Below are positions 18,101-27,035 of a DNA stretch of 64,000 bases, in pieces. Below the pieces are notes generated by a model, which saw only the letters and a program-made list of their open reading frames with translations, was not told the DNA's origin and did not search any database. Position 1 is the first letter of the stretch. Every line of letters starts with the position of its first letter. The translations under genes and the position numbers were made by a program. Source of the DNA: Clostridiales bacterium (GTDB lineage Bacteria; Actinomycetota; Coriobacteriia; Anaerosomatales; SLCP01); NCBI GenBank assembly GCA_018333995.1, contig JAGXSG010000008.1:207210-271209 (forward strand), read 5' to 3'.

Positions 18101-18544
18101 CACGGCCTGCTGCCCACGACCCGAAGTGTGATGGCAGGCGTCGATCGTGCGTTCGTGCTCGGAGGGACAGGAGCCGTAAGCGCCGTCACCGAGTCGGGTT
18201 TGCGTGACCTGCTCGGAGCCGGGGGGACCGTTAAGCGCCTCGGTGGCGGGGACCGGTGGGACACAGCCGTGAAGGTGGCCGAGTGGGCCGTCGCCAACGA
18301 GTCGTTCACGTGGGACGGTGTCGCGCTCACCAACGGCCACAACTTCCCCGACGCGCTTGCTGGCGGTGTTTTGCAGGGTGAGCGTCGCAGCGTGATGTTG
18401 CTGACCGCGCCCGCCACGTTGAGTCCCCCTACAGCCGCCGCCATCGGAAACTACAAGGCCGCGATAGGGCGAGCGACGTTCCTGGGCGGGACGAGCGCTA
18501 TCTCTGACGGGGTGCGCGCCACTGTGCGCACGTTGTTGGAGTAG
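15125..18544 (+). CDS. secreted subtilisin-like (S8) serine protease with I9-type propeptide and three C-terminal CWB2 cell-wall-binding repeats
   Basis: Signal peptide LLVLVLLVALTPAAGAYG. Catalytic triad motifs VAVLDTGID, HGTHCAGTV and SGTSMAAPHVAG. Three tandem repeats of ~100 aa of the type DDRxxTA..VS....xG...V.VATGxNFPDALsa.PLA......P.LL (nt ~17615-18541). Confidence 0.9.
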   Translation: MGAFERSATAASRGLLVLVLLVALTPAAGAYGADARAGSREPGTEAKGQHPREGRESEGVRADEYVEGEVLVRFRRGVSSAVRGRAHSVAGGARIRSLAAARDLELVRLPPGMSVSKAVVAYGTQLSVEYAQPNYRKRKAGTYPDDPRFSQLWGLRNTGQTGGAAGADIDAAGAWDITAGSSAVVVAVLDTGIDYNHPDLAGNMWVNPGEIAGNGLDDDRNGYVDDVHGVNTINATGDPFDDDPGGHGTHCAGTVGAVGGNGLGVTGVNWDVSLMAVKMLDSSGAGTTASAVEAFHYAAANGAAVISNSWGGGYPFDRAEYDAIAAIDALFVFAAGNAGTNNDGAAPFYPASYDLPNIISVGASDHNDARASFSNYGAASVDVFAPGVDILSTVPGSPVTLAPDIAQTLYATGFDTAAGWSFTGPGMFVNAPWALSTVAYTSAPSSIAHLGYRNSEAAFADSPPVDCSTAPAVFLNARVRYDIEHEWDWLSAWVWNGSAWHLVDMKSGSSGGVFQDWWIDITPWAAGRSGVVVSFYLSADESIDSTSGYEGVYVDDVRVVVPAETGGSLSERDHTNAYKTMSGTSMAAPHVAGIAALLLSVDPAADAVRLKDTILDSAEPRPSLAGLCVMGARADARSALAAVVGEGPPVTVVSGVPDGWSNQIATVTLAVPDAWPGVTTYRRWYRTDTLPTPFMGVTPPVQRVFFVSAEWRLDFYSQDAFGRTEAERGVTVRIDRTTPGTATSANGKTFEGRASILLVRNDQHSGIATTHWKLDGGPWQIAGPADPVVIEATGKGAHILQYYSTDNAGNVEPGRGATFTITTAFDEIAGDDRVGTAVAASLSAFPDGAETVVIATALNWPDALGGTALAGALGGPVLLVNTSSLPAATASEITRLGAKKAVIVGGTAAVGDEVAESLRAVLGPNGAVERVAGDDRYETADEVASRVIAAANASGGWDGTILVATGANFPDALSAAPLAAANAWPIVLAHPAHGLLPTTRSVMAGVDRAFVLGGTGAVSAVTESGLRDLLGAGGTVKRLGGGDRWDTAVKVAEWAVANESFTWDGVALTNGHNFPDALAGGVLQGERRSVMLLTAPATLSPPTAAAIGNYKAAIGRATFLGGTSAISDGVRATVRTLLE

Positions 18545-18648
18545 GCCGCCGCGAATGCGCGCCGACCGTGTAGAATACGAAAACGTGCGTCACCGCGTGA
18601 GCGCGGCGGCGCGACAGGTTTCCACACTCCTAAGGAGCGACGTTACCC

Positions 18649-19935
18649 ATGCGTGACATCACCAACTCCCATCACATGTTCGCGGCGGCCTGCGCGTTGA
18701 TCCCCGGTGGCGTCAACTCGCCGGTGCGCGCGTACAAGAGCGTGGGCATCGAGCCGCGCTTCGTCGCCAAGGCGAAGGGATCGCGTATCTGGGACATCGA
18801 GGGCCGCGAGTACGTTGATTTCGTGGCGTCGTGGGGACCGATGATCCTCGGACACGCGCCCGAGACGGTCCTTGACGCGGTCCGCAACCAGTTGGAGCTT
18901 GGCACGAGCTATGGGGCGCCCACCTGTGCCGAGGTTGCCCTGGCCGAGAAGATCGCCGCCGTCGTGCCCAGTATCGAGGAGGTCCGCATGGTCTCCTCGG
19001 GCACCGAGGCGACCATGAGCGCGATTCGTCTCGCCCGCGGTTATACCGGGCGAGAGAAGTTCATCAAGTTCGACGGCAACTATCACGGTCACTCAGACTC
19101 ACTGCTCGTGGCCGCAGGCTCTGGACTGCTCACACTCTCCATCCCCGGCACGCCGGGTGTGACTGAGGGCGCGGCGAAAGACACGGTGGTGGTGCCCTAC
19201 AACGACCTTGATGCGGTACGTGAGGCGCTGGAAGCCAACTCCGGCGAGGTCGCGGCGATCATCGTCGAGCCGATCGCTGGCAACATGGGCGTCGTGCCGC
19301 CGCGTGCCGGCTTCCTCGAAGGGCTGCGTGCGCTCTGCGACGCGCACGGCACGGTACTCATTTTCGACGAGGTGATCACCGGCTTTCGGGTGGCGCTTGG
19401 GGGTGCGCAGGAGCTCTACGGCGTGACGCCCGATCTCACCACCCTCGGCAAGATCATCGGCGGCGGGTTCCCGGTGGGCGCCTTTGGCGGCAGGCGCGAG
19501 ATCATGGAGCACCTCGCTCCAGTCGGCCCGGTATACCAGGCGGGCACGCTTTCCGGCAACCCGGTGGCGATGGTCGCCGGACTCGCCACCATCGAGGCGC
19601 TCTCCGCTCCGGGCGTCTACGAGGAGCTCGACCGCAAGGGTAAGCGTATCGCCGATGGACTCTGCCGAGCGTCGGGCAGCGCGGCGATCCACACCTCGTG
19701 CAACCGCGTGGGGTCGATGGCGTGCATGTTCTTCACGCACCTCGAAGTCTCCAACTGGGCAACGGCGTCTACGAGCGACACTGAGCGCTACGCCGCGTAC
19801 TTCCGGGGCATGCTCGACCGCGGCTTCTGGCTCGCGCCGAGTCAGTTCGAGGCGACATTCGCCTCGCTCGCGCATACCGATGAAGAGCTCGACGCATTCG
19901 TCGCGGCCGCAACCGAAGTGCTTGCCGAGATCTAG
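18649..19935 (+). CDS. hemL: glutamate-1-semialdehyde 2,1-aminomutase
   Basis: AIIVEPIAGNMG, FDEVITGFR and PLP-Lys region TLGKIIGGGFPVGAFGG. RBS TAAGGAG. Confidence 0.95.
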   Translation: MRDITNSHHMFAAACALIPGGVNSPVRAYKSVGIEPRFVAKAKGSRIWDIEGREYVDFVASWGPMILGHAPETVLDAVRNQLELGTSYGAPTCAEVALAEKIAAVVPSIEEVRMVSSGTEATMSAIRLARGYTGREKFIKFDGNYHGHSDSLLVAAGSGLLTLSIPGTPGVTEGAAKDTVVVPYNDLDAVREALEANSGEVAAIIVEPIAGNMGVVPPRAGFLEGLRALCDAHGTVLIFDEVITGFRVALGGAQELYGVTPDLTTLGKIIGGGFPVGAFGGRREIMEHLAPVGPVYQAGTLSGNPVAMVAGLATIEALSAPGVYEELDRKGKRIADGLCRASGSAAIHTSCNRVGSMACMFFTHLEVSNWATASTSDTERYAAYFRGMLDRGFWLAPSQFEATFASLAHTDEELDAFVAAATEVLAEI

Positions 19936-19976
19936 CGCGCCGCCCTGCAACTCGATATGGAAACGGAGTCTGTGTG

Positions 19977-20834
19977 ATGAAGGCCATCATCCCGGCGGCG
20001 GGTCTTGGGACGCGCTTCCTGCCGGTGACCAAGTCGCAACCCAAAGAGATGCTTCCGGTAGTCGACAAGCCGGTCATCCAGTACGTGGTCGAAGAGGCGG
20101 TCGCCGCCGGGGCCGGCGAGATCCTTCTCGTCACCGGCCGGGGCAAGCGCGCCATCGAAGATCACTTCGACCGGTCCATCGAGCTTGAGGAGTTGTTGGA
20201 GTCGAGTGGGGATACCACGAAACTCCGTCAGGTACGGCTGATCTCCGATCTCGCTGAGGTCTTCTACGTGCGCCAGAAGAAGCCAAAGGGTCTTGGACAC
20301 GCCGTTGGCTGCGGCGCTCCGTTCACGGCGGACGAACCGTTCTTTGTCATGCTCGGCGACGTGATTGTGCCTGACAACAGCTGTCTGCCGCAGTTGAGCA
20401 AGGTCCACGCGCGCTACGGGGGCTCGGTCATCGCGGTCGAGGAGGTCGCGCCGGAGCTTGTCTCGCGCTATGGCGTCATCGCGGGAACCGAGGTGGAGCC
20501 CGGCGTCTACAAGCTCACCGACCTTGTCGAGAAGCCGCCCGCCAACGAGGCGCCGAGCAACCTTGCGATCTTTGGCCGATACCTGCTCACGCCACGCTTG
20601 ATGGAGCTACTGCCGGGAACCAAGCCGGGGCGGGGCGGCGAGATCCAGCTTACCGACGCGATCAGGGAACTCTTACGCGAACAGGAAGTGTTCGCGGTCA
20701 AGATGGAGTCGCGCGGGTACGACACTGGCAACGTGCTCTCGTGGCTCGAGGCCAATGTGGCGCTTGCGTTGGAGCGCGAGGAACTCGCCGATCTTCTGCG
20801 CGAGCGAGTGAGTGAAATCTGTAAGTGCGGGTAG
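19977..20834 (+). CDS. galU: UTP--glucose-1-phosphate uridylyltransferase
   Basis: The N-terminus MKAIIPAAGLGTRFLPVTKSQPKEMLPVVDKPVIQYVVEEA is the classic GalU signature. Confidence 0.9.
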   Translation: MKAIIPAAGLGTRFLPVTKSQPKEMLPVVDKPVIQYVVEEAVAAGAGEILLVTGRGKRAIEDHFDRSIELEELLESSGDTTKLRQVRLISDLAEVFYVRQKKPKGLGHAVGCGAPFTADEPFFVMLGDVIVPDNSCLPQLSKVHARYGGSVIAVEEVAPELVSRYGVIAGTEVEPGVYKLTDLVEKPPANEAPSNLAIFGRYLLTPRLMELLPGTKPGRGGEIQLTDAIRELLREQEVFAVKMESRGYDTGNVLSWLEANVALALEREELADLLRERVSEICKCG

Positions 20835-21715
20835 GAGGTGAGATCGATCTGGTAGGGGCTATTGTCCAAACGATGCGTCCCCGTCAATGGACCAAGAACC
20901 TCATCGTGTTCGCGCCCCTGATCTTTTCGGGGCACATCCAGGATGTCGGCGCGATTCTCGCGAGCGTGGTCGCGTTTGGCGTTTTCTGTCTGGCATCCGG
21001 CGCTGCCTATCTCCTCAACGACGTGCGTGACGCGCACGCGGACAGCCTTCACGATGTCAAGCGTACCCGCCCTGTGGCGTCCGGAGAGCTTCCGGCCACC
21101 GTGGCGGTCGCCTCGGCGATAGTGATCGCGGTGCTTGCCGTCGCGGTCGCGTTCGCGCTGGCGCGGCCGGTTGGCGTGATGACGCTCGGATACCTGGCCC
21201 TGCAAAACGCCTACACGTTCGGCCTCAAGCACCAGGTCATCCTCGACGTGATGTCCATCTCGGCCGGATTCATCATCCGTGCCGCAGCTGGTGCGGCGGC
21301 GGTAAGCGTCGCCGCTTCTCCCTGGCTCTACATGTGCGCGGCACTTCTCGCGCTGTTTCTCGGCTTTGGCAAGCGTCGTCACGAGCTGCTCATGGCCGAG
21401 GACACCGTGGGCAGTCACCGCGCCGTACTCGACGACTACTCGCCGCACCTTCTCGATGTGCTTGTCGCGACGGCGACCTCGGCAACGATCATCGCGTACT
21501 CCCTCTACACGTTCTTCTCGCCTACCGCCGCCGAGCACGACTACCTCATGCTCACGATTCCGTTCGTGGTGTATGGGGTGCTTCGCTACGTGTTCCTCAT
21601 GTACAAGCACAATCTCGGAGGCAGTCCGGAAGAGATACTGCTTACCGATGTCCCGCTCATCATCACCATCCTGGCGTGGCTCGCCACGGCGTCAGTCGTC
21701 ATCTACCTGACCTGA
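20825..21715 (+). CDS. UbiA-family prenyl-phosphate phosphoribosyltransferase-like (DPPR synthase-like)
   Basis: RPRQWTKN N-terminal motif and NDVRDAHAD (NDxxDxxxD) with ~8 TM helices. I recall this pattern from mycobacterial Rv3806c-type enzymes. Start is uncertain (GTG 20825 or ATG 20873). Confidence 0.7.
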   Translation: MRVGGEIDLVGAIVQTMRPRQWTKNLIVFAPLIFSGHIQDVGAILASVVAFGVFCLASGAAYLLNDVRDAHADSLHDVKRTRPVASGELPATVAVASAIVIAVLAVAVAFALARPVGVMTLGYLALQNAYTFGLKHQVILDVMSISAGFIIRAAAGAAAVSVAASPWLYMCAALLALFLGFGKRRHELLMAEDTVGSHRAVLDDYSPHLLDVLVATATSATIIAYSLYTFFSPTAAEHDYLMLTIPFVVYGVLRYVFLMYKHNLGGSPEEILLTDVPLIITILAWLATASVVIYLT

Positions 21716-21746
21716 CAGCGAACGACCGGCAACCGACGGACCTGCG

Positions 21747-22784
21747 CTAGAAGAACCGCTTCGCCAGGCCGAGGACACCTTGCTTCCACGGCACCCGGTG
21801 CGAGACTCCGCTTGCGCCCTTAAACTCGTTGAGGTGCGCGACGTACCACTCGTAGTTGCGCACGAGCGCGTCCTTGTTCGAGTAGCGTGGCTGCCAGCCG
21901 AGTACATGCTTGGCCTTGTCGATCGAGACGAACGAGTCTTTCGAGGCGGTTTCGTAGACCCACTTGTAGAGTGGCGAGAGGTTGAGCGCCTCGAGCAGAC
22001 GCAGGGTCCAGATCATCGGCGCGGCAGGAAAGCCGCGGATCTTCTTGCCGTGCCCGGCGTGGTCGAGGACGGCCTGGTAGTCTTCGCGCATCGTGGCGAA
22101 CTCCTCGGCCCCGATGTTGAAGGTGTCGTTGACAACATCGCGGTCGAGAGTGCAGCACAGGTAGATGGCGCTGCACAGATCCTCGACGTCGAGAAGTTGG
22201 TAGCGGTTGTTGCCGTTGCCGATCATAGGGAAGCCGTGGCCGGTATGGGCCCAGTCGTAGAGGAGTGCGAACACGCCGAGGCGCTCCGGGCCGATGAAGC
22301 TCTTGGGACGGATGATCGGCACGCACATGCCGCGCTCGCGGAACTCTAGGCAGACCTCCTCCGCGGCGATCTTGGCTTCCCCGTAGGGGCCCACGCCCAC
22401 GAGCGGGTCGTTTTCGAGCAGCGGGTGGTGGTCGGGGATGCCGTAGACGGCGGTCGAGGAGATCATCACAAAGCGGTCGACGCCTTCCGAATGCGCCGCT
22501 TCGAGCAGGATTTTGGTGCCGTCGACGTCGGTTGAGAAGATGTCTTGAGGCGAGTAGAGGGGAAGGGCGGCTGCGGCGTGGACGACTATGTCGACGCCGC
22601 GCATCGCCCGCCGCACGACATCCGGATCACGGATATCGCCGGAAATCGCATCAACGCGGTCGGCGCAGTCATCGTAGTTGAACTCGATAAGGTCAAGCGA
22701 TCGGATGGTGTGATCGCGTTCGAGCAGGTAGCGAATCAGATTGATGCCGAGGAAGCCTGAGCCTCCGGTGATAAGGTAGCGCAT
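21747..22784 (-). CDS. NAD-dependent sugar epimerase/dehydratase (extended SDR)
   Basis: MRYLITGGSGFLGINL Rossmann motif and YGEAK catalytic YxxxK. ATG 22784 overlaps the upstream stop by 1 nt (TGATG). Track start 22856 is an extension. Confidence 0.8.
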   Translation of the reverse strand: MRYLITGGSGFLGINLIRYLLERDHTIRSLDLIEFNYDDCADRVDAISGDIRDPDVVRRAMRGVDIVVHAAAALPLYSPQDIFSTDVDGTKILLEAAHSEGVDRFVMISSTAVYGIPDHHPLLENDPLVGVGPYGEAKIAAEEVCLEFRERGMCVPIIRPKSFIGPERLGVFALLYDWAHTGHGFPMIGNGNNRYQLLDVEDLCSAIYLCCTLDRDVVNDTFNIGAEEFATMREDYQAVLDHAGHGKKIRGFPAAPMIWTLRLLEALNLSPLYKWVYETASKDSFVSIDKAKHVLGWQPRYSNKDALVRNYEWYVAHLNEFKGASGVSHRVPWKQGVLGLAKRFF

Positions 22785-23887
22785 CAGCCTCCCAGCGCCT
22801 CCCGCAGCACGTTTGCCACGGCGCTCTGTTGCTCGCGCGTGATTCCCGGGAAGCACGGAATCGCGAAGGTCTGCTCGGAAACTCGTTCTGCTACTGGTAG
22901 CGAGCCCTCGGCGTACCCGAGGTATGCGAACGCCTCTTGGTGATGGAGCGCGCGAGGGTAGTACGCCGCGCCGCCAATGCCAGCTTGGGTGAGCGCGGCA
23001 ATGAGCCGGTCCCGCTCGGGGGAGGCCACGATGTAGAGGTGGTACACGCTCTCACCAAAGTCGCGCACGGCCGACAGTGTGAGTGGCAATCCGGCGAGTA
23101 GCTCGTCGTAGATAGCCGCCGCGGTGCGGCGCTCGGCGTTCCATCTGTCCAGGTGCGGCAGTTTGATGCGCAGGATCGCGGCCTGCAGCGCGTCGAGTCG
23201 CGAGTTCACGCCAACCGCGTCATGGAAGTACTTCACCGTGGTGCCGTGATTTGCCATCTTGCGGCACGCCGCGGCGATCTCACCGTCATCGGTCGTGATG
23301 ATTCCGCCGTCCCCTGCGCATCCGAGGTTCTTGCTCGGGAAGAACGAAAATGCCGCCACGTCGCCGAGTGATCCGGCGCGCGCGTCGCGATAGGTGGCTC
23401 CTATCGCCTGACACGCGTCTTCCACGACTCGGAGTCCGTGCGCCGCGGCGATATCGCGCAGCGGATCCATGTCCGCGCACTGTCCGAAGATGTGCACGGG
23501 CATGATCGCCCGGGTGCGCTCGGTGATCGCGGCCTCAATGCGCGTGACGTCGATGTTGTAGGTGTCCGGTTCGATGTCGACAAACACCGGCACAGCGCCC
23601 ACGTGGGCGATCGCCTCGGCTGTCGCGATGAAGGTGAACGGTGTTGTGATGACCTCGTCGCCAGCCCGAATGTCGAGTGCGTGCATGATGAGGAAGAGCG
23701 CATCGGTTCCGTTGCCGCATGCAACGGCGTGCGAGGTGCCACAGTACTCGGCGATCTCGGCTTCGATCCCGATCACGTGCGGTCCGCCGATGAATCCCGC
23801 AGTCGACATGACCTCGCTGATCGCGGCGTCGAGCTCTGGCTTGAGTTCGAGGTACTGCGCGCGCAGGTCAAGCAGTGGAATGGCCAC
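22784..23887 (-). CDS. DegT/DnrJ/EryC1-family PLP sugar aminotransferase (WbpE-like)
   Basis: Family-typical N-terminus IPLLDLRAQY and PLP-Lys motif FSFFPSKNLG. It lies next to an oxidoreductase and an acetyltransferase. Confidence 0.9.
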   Translation of the reverse strand: MAIPLLDLRAQYLELKPELDAAISEVMSTAGFIGGPHVIGIEAEIAEYCGTSHAVACGNGTDALFLIMHALDIRAGDEVITTPFTFIATAEAIAHVGAVPVFVDIEPDTYNIDVTRIEAAITERTRAIMPVHIFGQCADMDPLRDIAAAHGLRVVEDACQAIGATYRDARAGSLGDVAAFSFFPSKNLGCAGDGGIITTDDGEIAAACRKMANHGTTVKYFHDAVGVNSRLDALQAAILRIKLPHLDRWNAERRTAAAIYDELLAGLPLTLSAVRDFGESVYHLYIVASPERDRLIAALTQAGIGGAAYYPRALHHQEAFAYLGYAEGSLPVAERVSEQTFAIPCFPGITREQQSAVANVLREALGG

Positions 23888-23911
23888 GTTAAGAACTCCT
23901 TGTCATCGCCG

Positions 23912-24694
23912 TCACTGGTTTTCGAGTAGCTCGTCGTGAGGCACTTCGCGGATAGCGCGAGCTGGGACACCCATCACGACAGTGCGTGCGGGCACGTCGC
24001 GCGTGACCACGGCGCCGGTGGCCACGAAGGCGTCCTCGCCGAGCTCGACGCCTGGCAGGATGTGCGCCCCGCCGCCAACACGCGCTCCGCGCCGTATCGT
24101 GCACCCGCGCATGAGCTCGAGGCGTCGCTCGGTCCGGCCCATAAAATTGTCGTTAGTGGTGACAACCATTGGTGCGATGAAGACGTCTTCCTCGATCGTC
24201 ACGTACGCGGTGATGTACGCGCCGGACTGGATGCGCGTGCGCGCGCCTATCGTCGTGTCGTTCTCGACGGTGACACCGCGTCCCACGACCACCTGATCGC
24301 CGATCACGCACCGCTCGCGTACTCCGGCGTTGTCACCCACCACACATCCGTCGCCAAACGTGGAGCCGGCCATAAGCACCGTGTGCGAACCGATGCGGCA
24401 CCCGGCACCGAGCACCACCCCTGGGAGCTCCCCGCCCTTGGCCGTCGAGCCTGCGGCGAGCGCGGGCCGCTTGCCTACGATAGCGAAGTCAGCGATGACG
24501 CACTCTTGGCCGATGTGCGCCCCCTCGCAGATGGTCACGTGGTTGCCTATCACCGACCCGCACTCGATCGTCACACCGGACTCGACCACCACCCATCTGC
24601 CAAAGCGCACATCCGCCGAGACGCGAGAGGTAGGACCGATGGCGACACTGGGGGAGCAGGCGTCAGCTGGTTGATATGTGCGCGGGTCAGACAT
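23912..24694 (-). CDS. left-handed beta-helix (hexapeptide) sugar N-acetyltransferase (WbpD-like)
   Basis: Continuous hexapeptide repeats ([LIV]G..) run through most of the protein. Context lies between the aminotransferase and the Gfo/Idh/MocA oxidoreductase. Confidence 0.85.
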   Translation of the reverse strand: MSDPRTYQPADACSPSVAIGPTSRVSADVRFGRWVVVESGVTIECGSVIGNHVTICEGAHIGQECVIADFAIVGKRPALAAGSTAKGGELPGVVLGAGCRIGSHTVLMAGSTFGDGCVVGDNAGVRERCVIGDQVVVGRGVTVENDTTIGARTRIQSGAYITAYVTIEEDVFIAPMVVTTNDNFMGRTERRLELMRGCTIRRGARVGGGAHILPGVELGEDAFVATGAVVTRDVPARTVVMGVPARAIREVPHDELLENQ

Positions 24695-24715
24695 CGGGAG
24701 TCTCCGTTCGGGTCA

Positions 24716-25744
24716 TCAGGAGGAGGTGCGTTCGATCGTTACGGGCATACCGCCGCCGGCAATCGAGGTGTCGGCCGCTTCCAGTACGCGTACTACCTCA
24801 AGGCCGCTCGCGCCGTCGCTTCTCGGCCGGGAACCGGTCCGGCAGCATTCGAGGAAGTGCGTCATCTCGGCGGCGAGCGGTTCGGACATCTTCACGTACG
24901 GCGCGATGATGTCGCCAAAGCGCAGCGTCAGATCCTCGCCGTACGCGAGCGCGCCGGTGGGGGCGACACCCTTGTCGTAGATCCAGATCTTCTCGGTGGC
25001 CTCCATGTCGTCGAAGACGAGCATCTTTTTGGTGCCTACGACCGTGAGTCGGCGAACCTTGTGCGGGTCAAGCCAGCTTACGTGGATGTTGGCCATCTTG
25101 CCGCTCGGAAAACGCAATGTCGCAAATACCACGTCTTCGATTCCGTCGCGCAGGTACGCCGCTCCTGACGCCGACACGCTTGAGGGCGCCTCGCCGAGCA
25201 GGTCGAGCACGACGCTGATGTCGTGGGGCGCGAGCGACCAAAACGAGTTCTCGTCGGCGCGCACCTTGCCCAGGTTCAGGCGCTGGGAGTAGACGTAGAG
25301 CACGTCGCCGAGATCACCGGATGCGAGGTAGTCGCGGATCCACTCAATGGCTCCGTGGTAGATCATCAGATGGCCCGCCATGAGCACCCGGTCTCTTGCC
25401 GCGGCAAGCTCGACGAGCGCCTCGGCGTCCGCCGAGGAGAGAGTGAGGGGTTTTTCAACGTAGCAGTGGAGACCGGCTTCGAGCACGCGTGTTGCGACCG
25501 AGGCGTGCGTTGGCGCTGGCGTCGCGATGACGACCGCCTCAAGGCCACAGGTCGCGAGCATCTCGTCGAGGTCAGCGACACCAAGCACGCCGGGGTGCGC
25601 GTCGCGCAGGCGCGAGCGGTGGGCGGGGGAGGCGTCGCACACCGCGCAAAGCTCAGCGTCCGGGAGCCGGTCGAGGTTGCGTACCAGGTTGGGGCCCCAA
25701 TAGCCGTAGCCTACGACTCCTACGCGAACAGGCCGGGACTCCAT
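24716..25744 (-). CDS. Gfo/Idh/MocA-family NAD-dependent sugar oxidoreductase (WbpB-like)
   Basis: N-terminal VRVGVVGYGYWGPNLVRN Rossmann motif and EKPL motif (CYVEKPLTL). Confidence 0.85.
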   Translation of the reverse strand: MESRPVRVGVVGYGYWGPNLVRNLDRLPDAELCAVCDASPAHRSRLRDAHPGVLGVADLDEMLATCGLEAVVIATPAPTHASVATRVLEAGLHCYVEKPLTLSSADAEALVELAAARDRVLMAGHLMIYHGAIEWIRDYLASGDLGDVLYVYSQRLNLGKVRADENSFWSLAPHDISVVLDLLGEAPSSVSASGAAYLRDGIEDVVFATLRFPSGKMANIHVSWLDPHKVRRLTVVGTKKMLVFDDMEATEKIWIYDKGVAPTGALAYGEDLTLRFGDIIAPYVKMSEPLAAEMTHFLECCRTGSRPRSDGASGLEVVRVLEAADTSIAGGGMPVTIERTSS

Positions 25745-25910
25745 GCGGTGCTCCTCCGGGCGGTGTGTGCGGACGGGCGGCGGGCGTGTCCCGTCGCCTT
25801 TCAGATTCTAGCGCATAGGTTGGCCGAGCGAAGGGCCTGTTACACTTGGCGCGCACGGTCACGATCCCGCAGTATCGCCCTTTTTCCGGCCAAAGTGGAG
25901 GTCTCGCACG

Positions 25911-27035
25911 GTGCGTATCGTCTCTGTTGTGGGCGCTCGTCCGCAGTTCATTAAGGCCGCACCGGTGTGCCGCGCGCTGCGCGGGGCGGGACACGACGAG
26001 ATCCTCGTGCACTCCGGCCAGCACTACGACCACGGGATGTCACAGGTCTTCTTCGATGAGCTCGGAATTCCGGCTCCCGACCACAACCTGGAGGTGGGCG
26101 GGGGAGGCCATGGCCAGATGACGGGGCGGATGCTCGGGCTGCTTGAGGATCTGCTCATCGAGTTGGCCCCTGAGGCGGTACTCGTGTACGGCGACACCAA
26201 CACGACGCTCGCCGCCGCTCTCGCCGCCGCCAAACTTTGCATCCCAGTGGCGCATGTCGAGGCGGGACTGCGCTCGTTTAACCGTACGATGCCCGAAGAG
26301 ATCAACCGGGTGCTCACCGACCACGTCTCGGCGTGGCTCTTCTGTCCCACCGACACCGCCGTTGCAAATCTCGCCGCCGAGGGGATCGTGCACGGTGTGC
26401 ATCAGGTGGGTGACGTCATGCTCGACACTGCGCGCCACTTCGCCGAGCGCGTAGACGCCGAGAAGGTCGTGGCGTCGTATGGTGTCGCGCCCGGTGAATA
26501 CTACCTTGCGACGGTACATCGCGCCGCGACAACCGATGACCCTGTCATGTTGGCGGCGGTCGTTGCCGCGCTTGCCGCGCTCGACCGGCCGGTGCTGTGG
26601 CCCGTGCATCCGCGCACGCGGCGCGCGCTAGAAGCAAGTGCGAGTGATGTGCTGGCCGAGCCAACGAGAGCGGGCTCTTCGCTTCGCATCTTGGAGCCGC
26701 TGTCGTATCTCGACGCCAACGCACTGCTGCGTGGCGCTGCCGCGCTTCTCACGGACTCCGGCGGTATGCAAAAGGAGGCATATTTCCTTGGTGTGCCGTG
26801 TGTGACGCTCCGCGAAGAAACCGAGTGGGTCGAGACCGTGAGTGCGGGGTGGAACCGGCTCGCGGGTACGGATCCGGCGCGAATCGCCGCCGGGGTCGCC
26901 GAGGCTGTTGCCGCTGGCGTGGCGGCTCGGGACACCGCCGCATCCGAGCGCCCCGCCTTCTACGGCGATGGCAACGCCGCCGAGAAGATCGCTGCCGTGC
27001 TCTCCGAGGCGGGGCATGCGGGTGCGCGCGGTTGA
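25911..27035 (+). CDS. UDP-N-acetylglucosamine-type 2-epimerase (WecB/WbpI-like)
   Basis: MRIVSVVGARPQFIKAAPV N-terminus and HVEAGLRSFN motif. RBS GGAGG lies 9 nt before GTG 25911. It is divergent from the WbpB/D/E-like operon. Confidence 0.9.
   Translation: MRIVSVVGARPQFIKAAPVCRALRGAGHDEILVHSGQHYDHGMSQVFFDELGIPAPDHNLEVGGGGHGQMTGRMLGLLEDLLIELAPEAVLVYGDTNTTLAAALAAAKLCIPVAHVEAGLRSFNRTMPEEINRVLTDHVSAWLFCPTDTAVANLAAEGIVHGVHQVGDVMLDTARHFAERVDAEKVVASYGVAPGEYYLATVHRAATTDDPVMLAAVVAALAALDRPVLWPVHPRTRRALEASASDVLAEPTRAGSSLRILEPLSYLDANALLRGAAALLTDSGGMQKEAYFLGVPCVTLREETEWVETVSAGWNRLAGTDPARIAAGVAEAVAAGVAARDTAASERPAFYGDGNAAEKIAAVLSEAGHAGARG

Noticed and set aside
18571-18576. TAGAAT hexamer as the hemL promoter -10. 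Other isolated -10/-35-like hexamers include TTGTCG-N18-TAGTAT at 63075-63104.
   Set aside because: Each has only one decent hexamer or a weak partner. Without TSS data these are not supportable as features, so they are mentioned only for follow-up.
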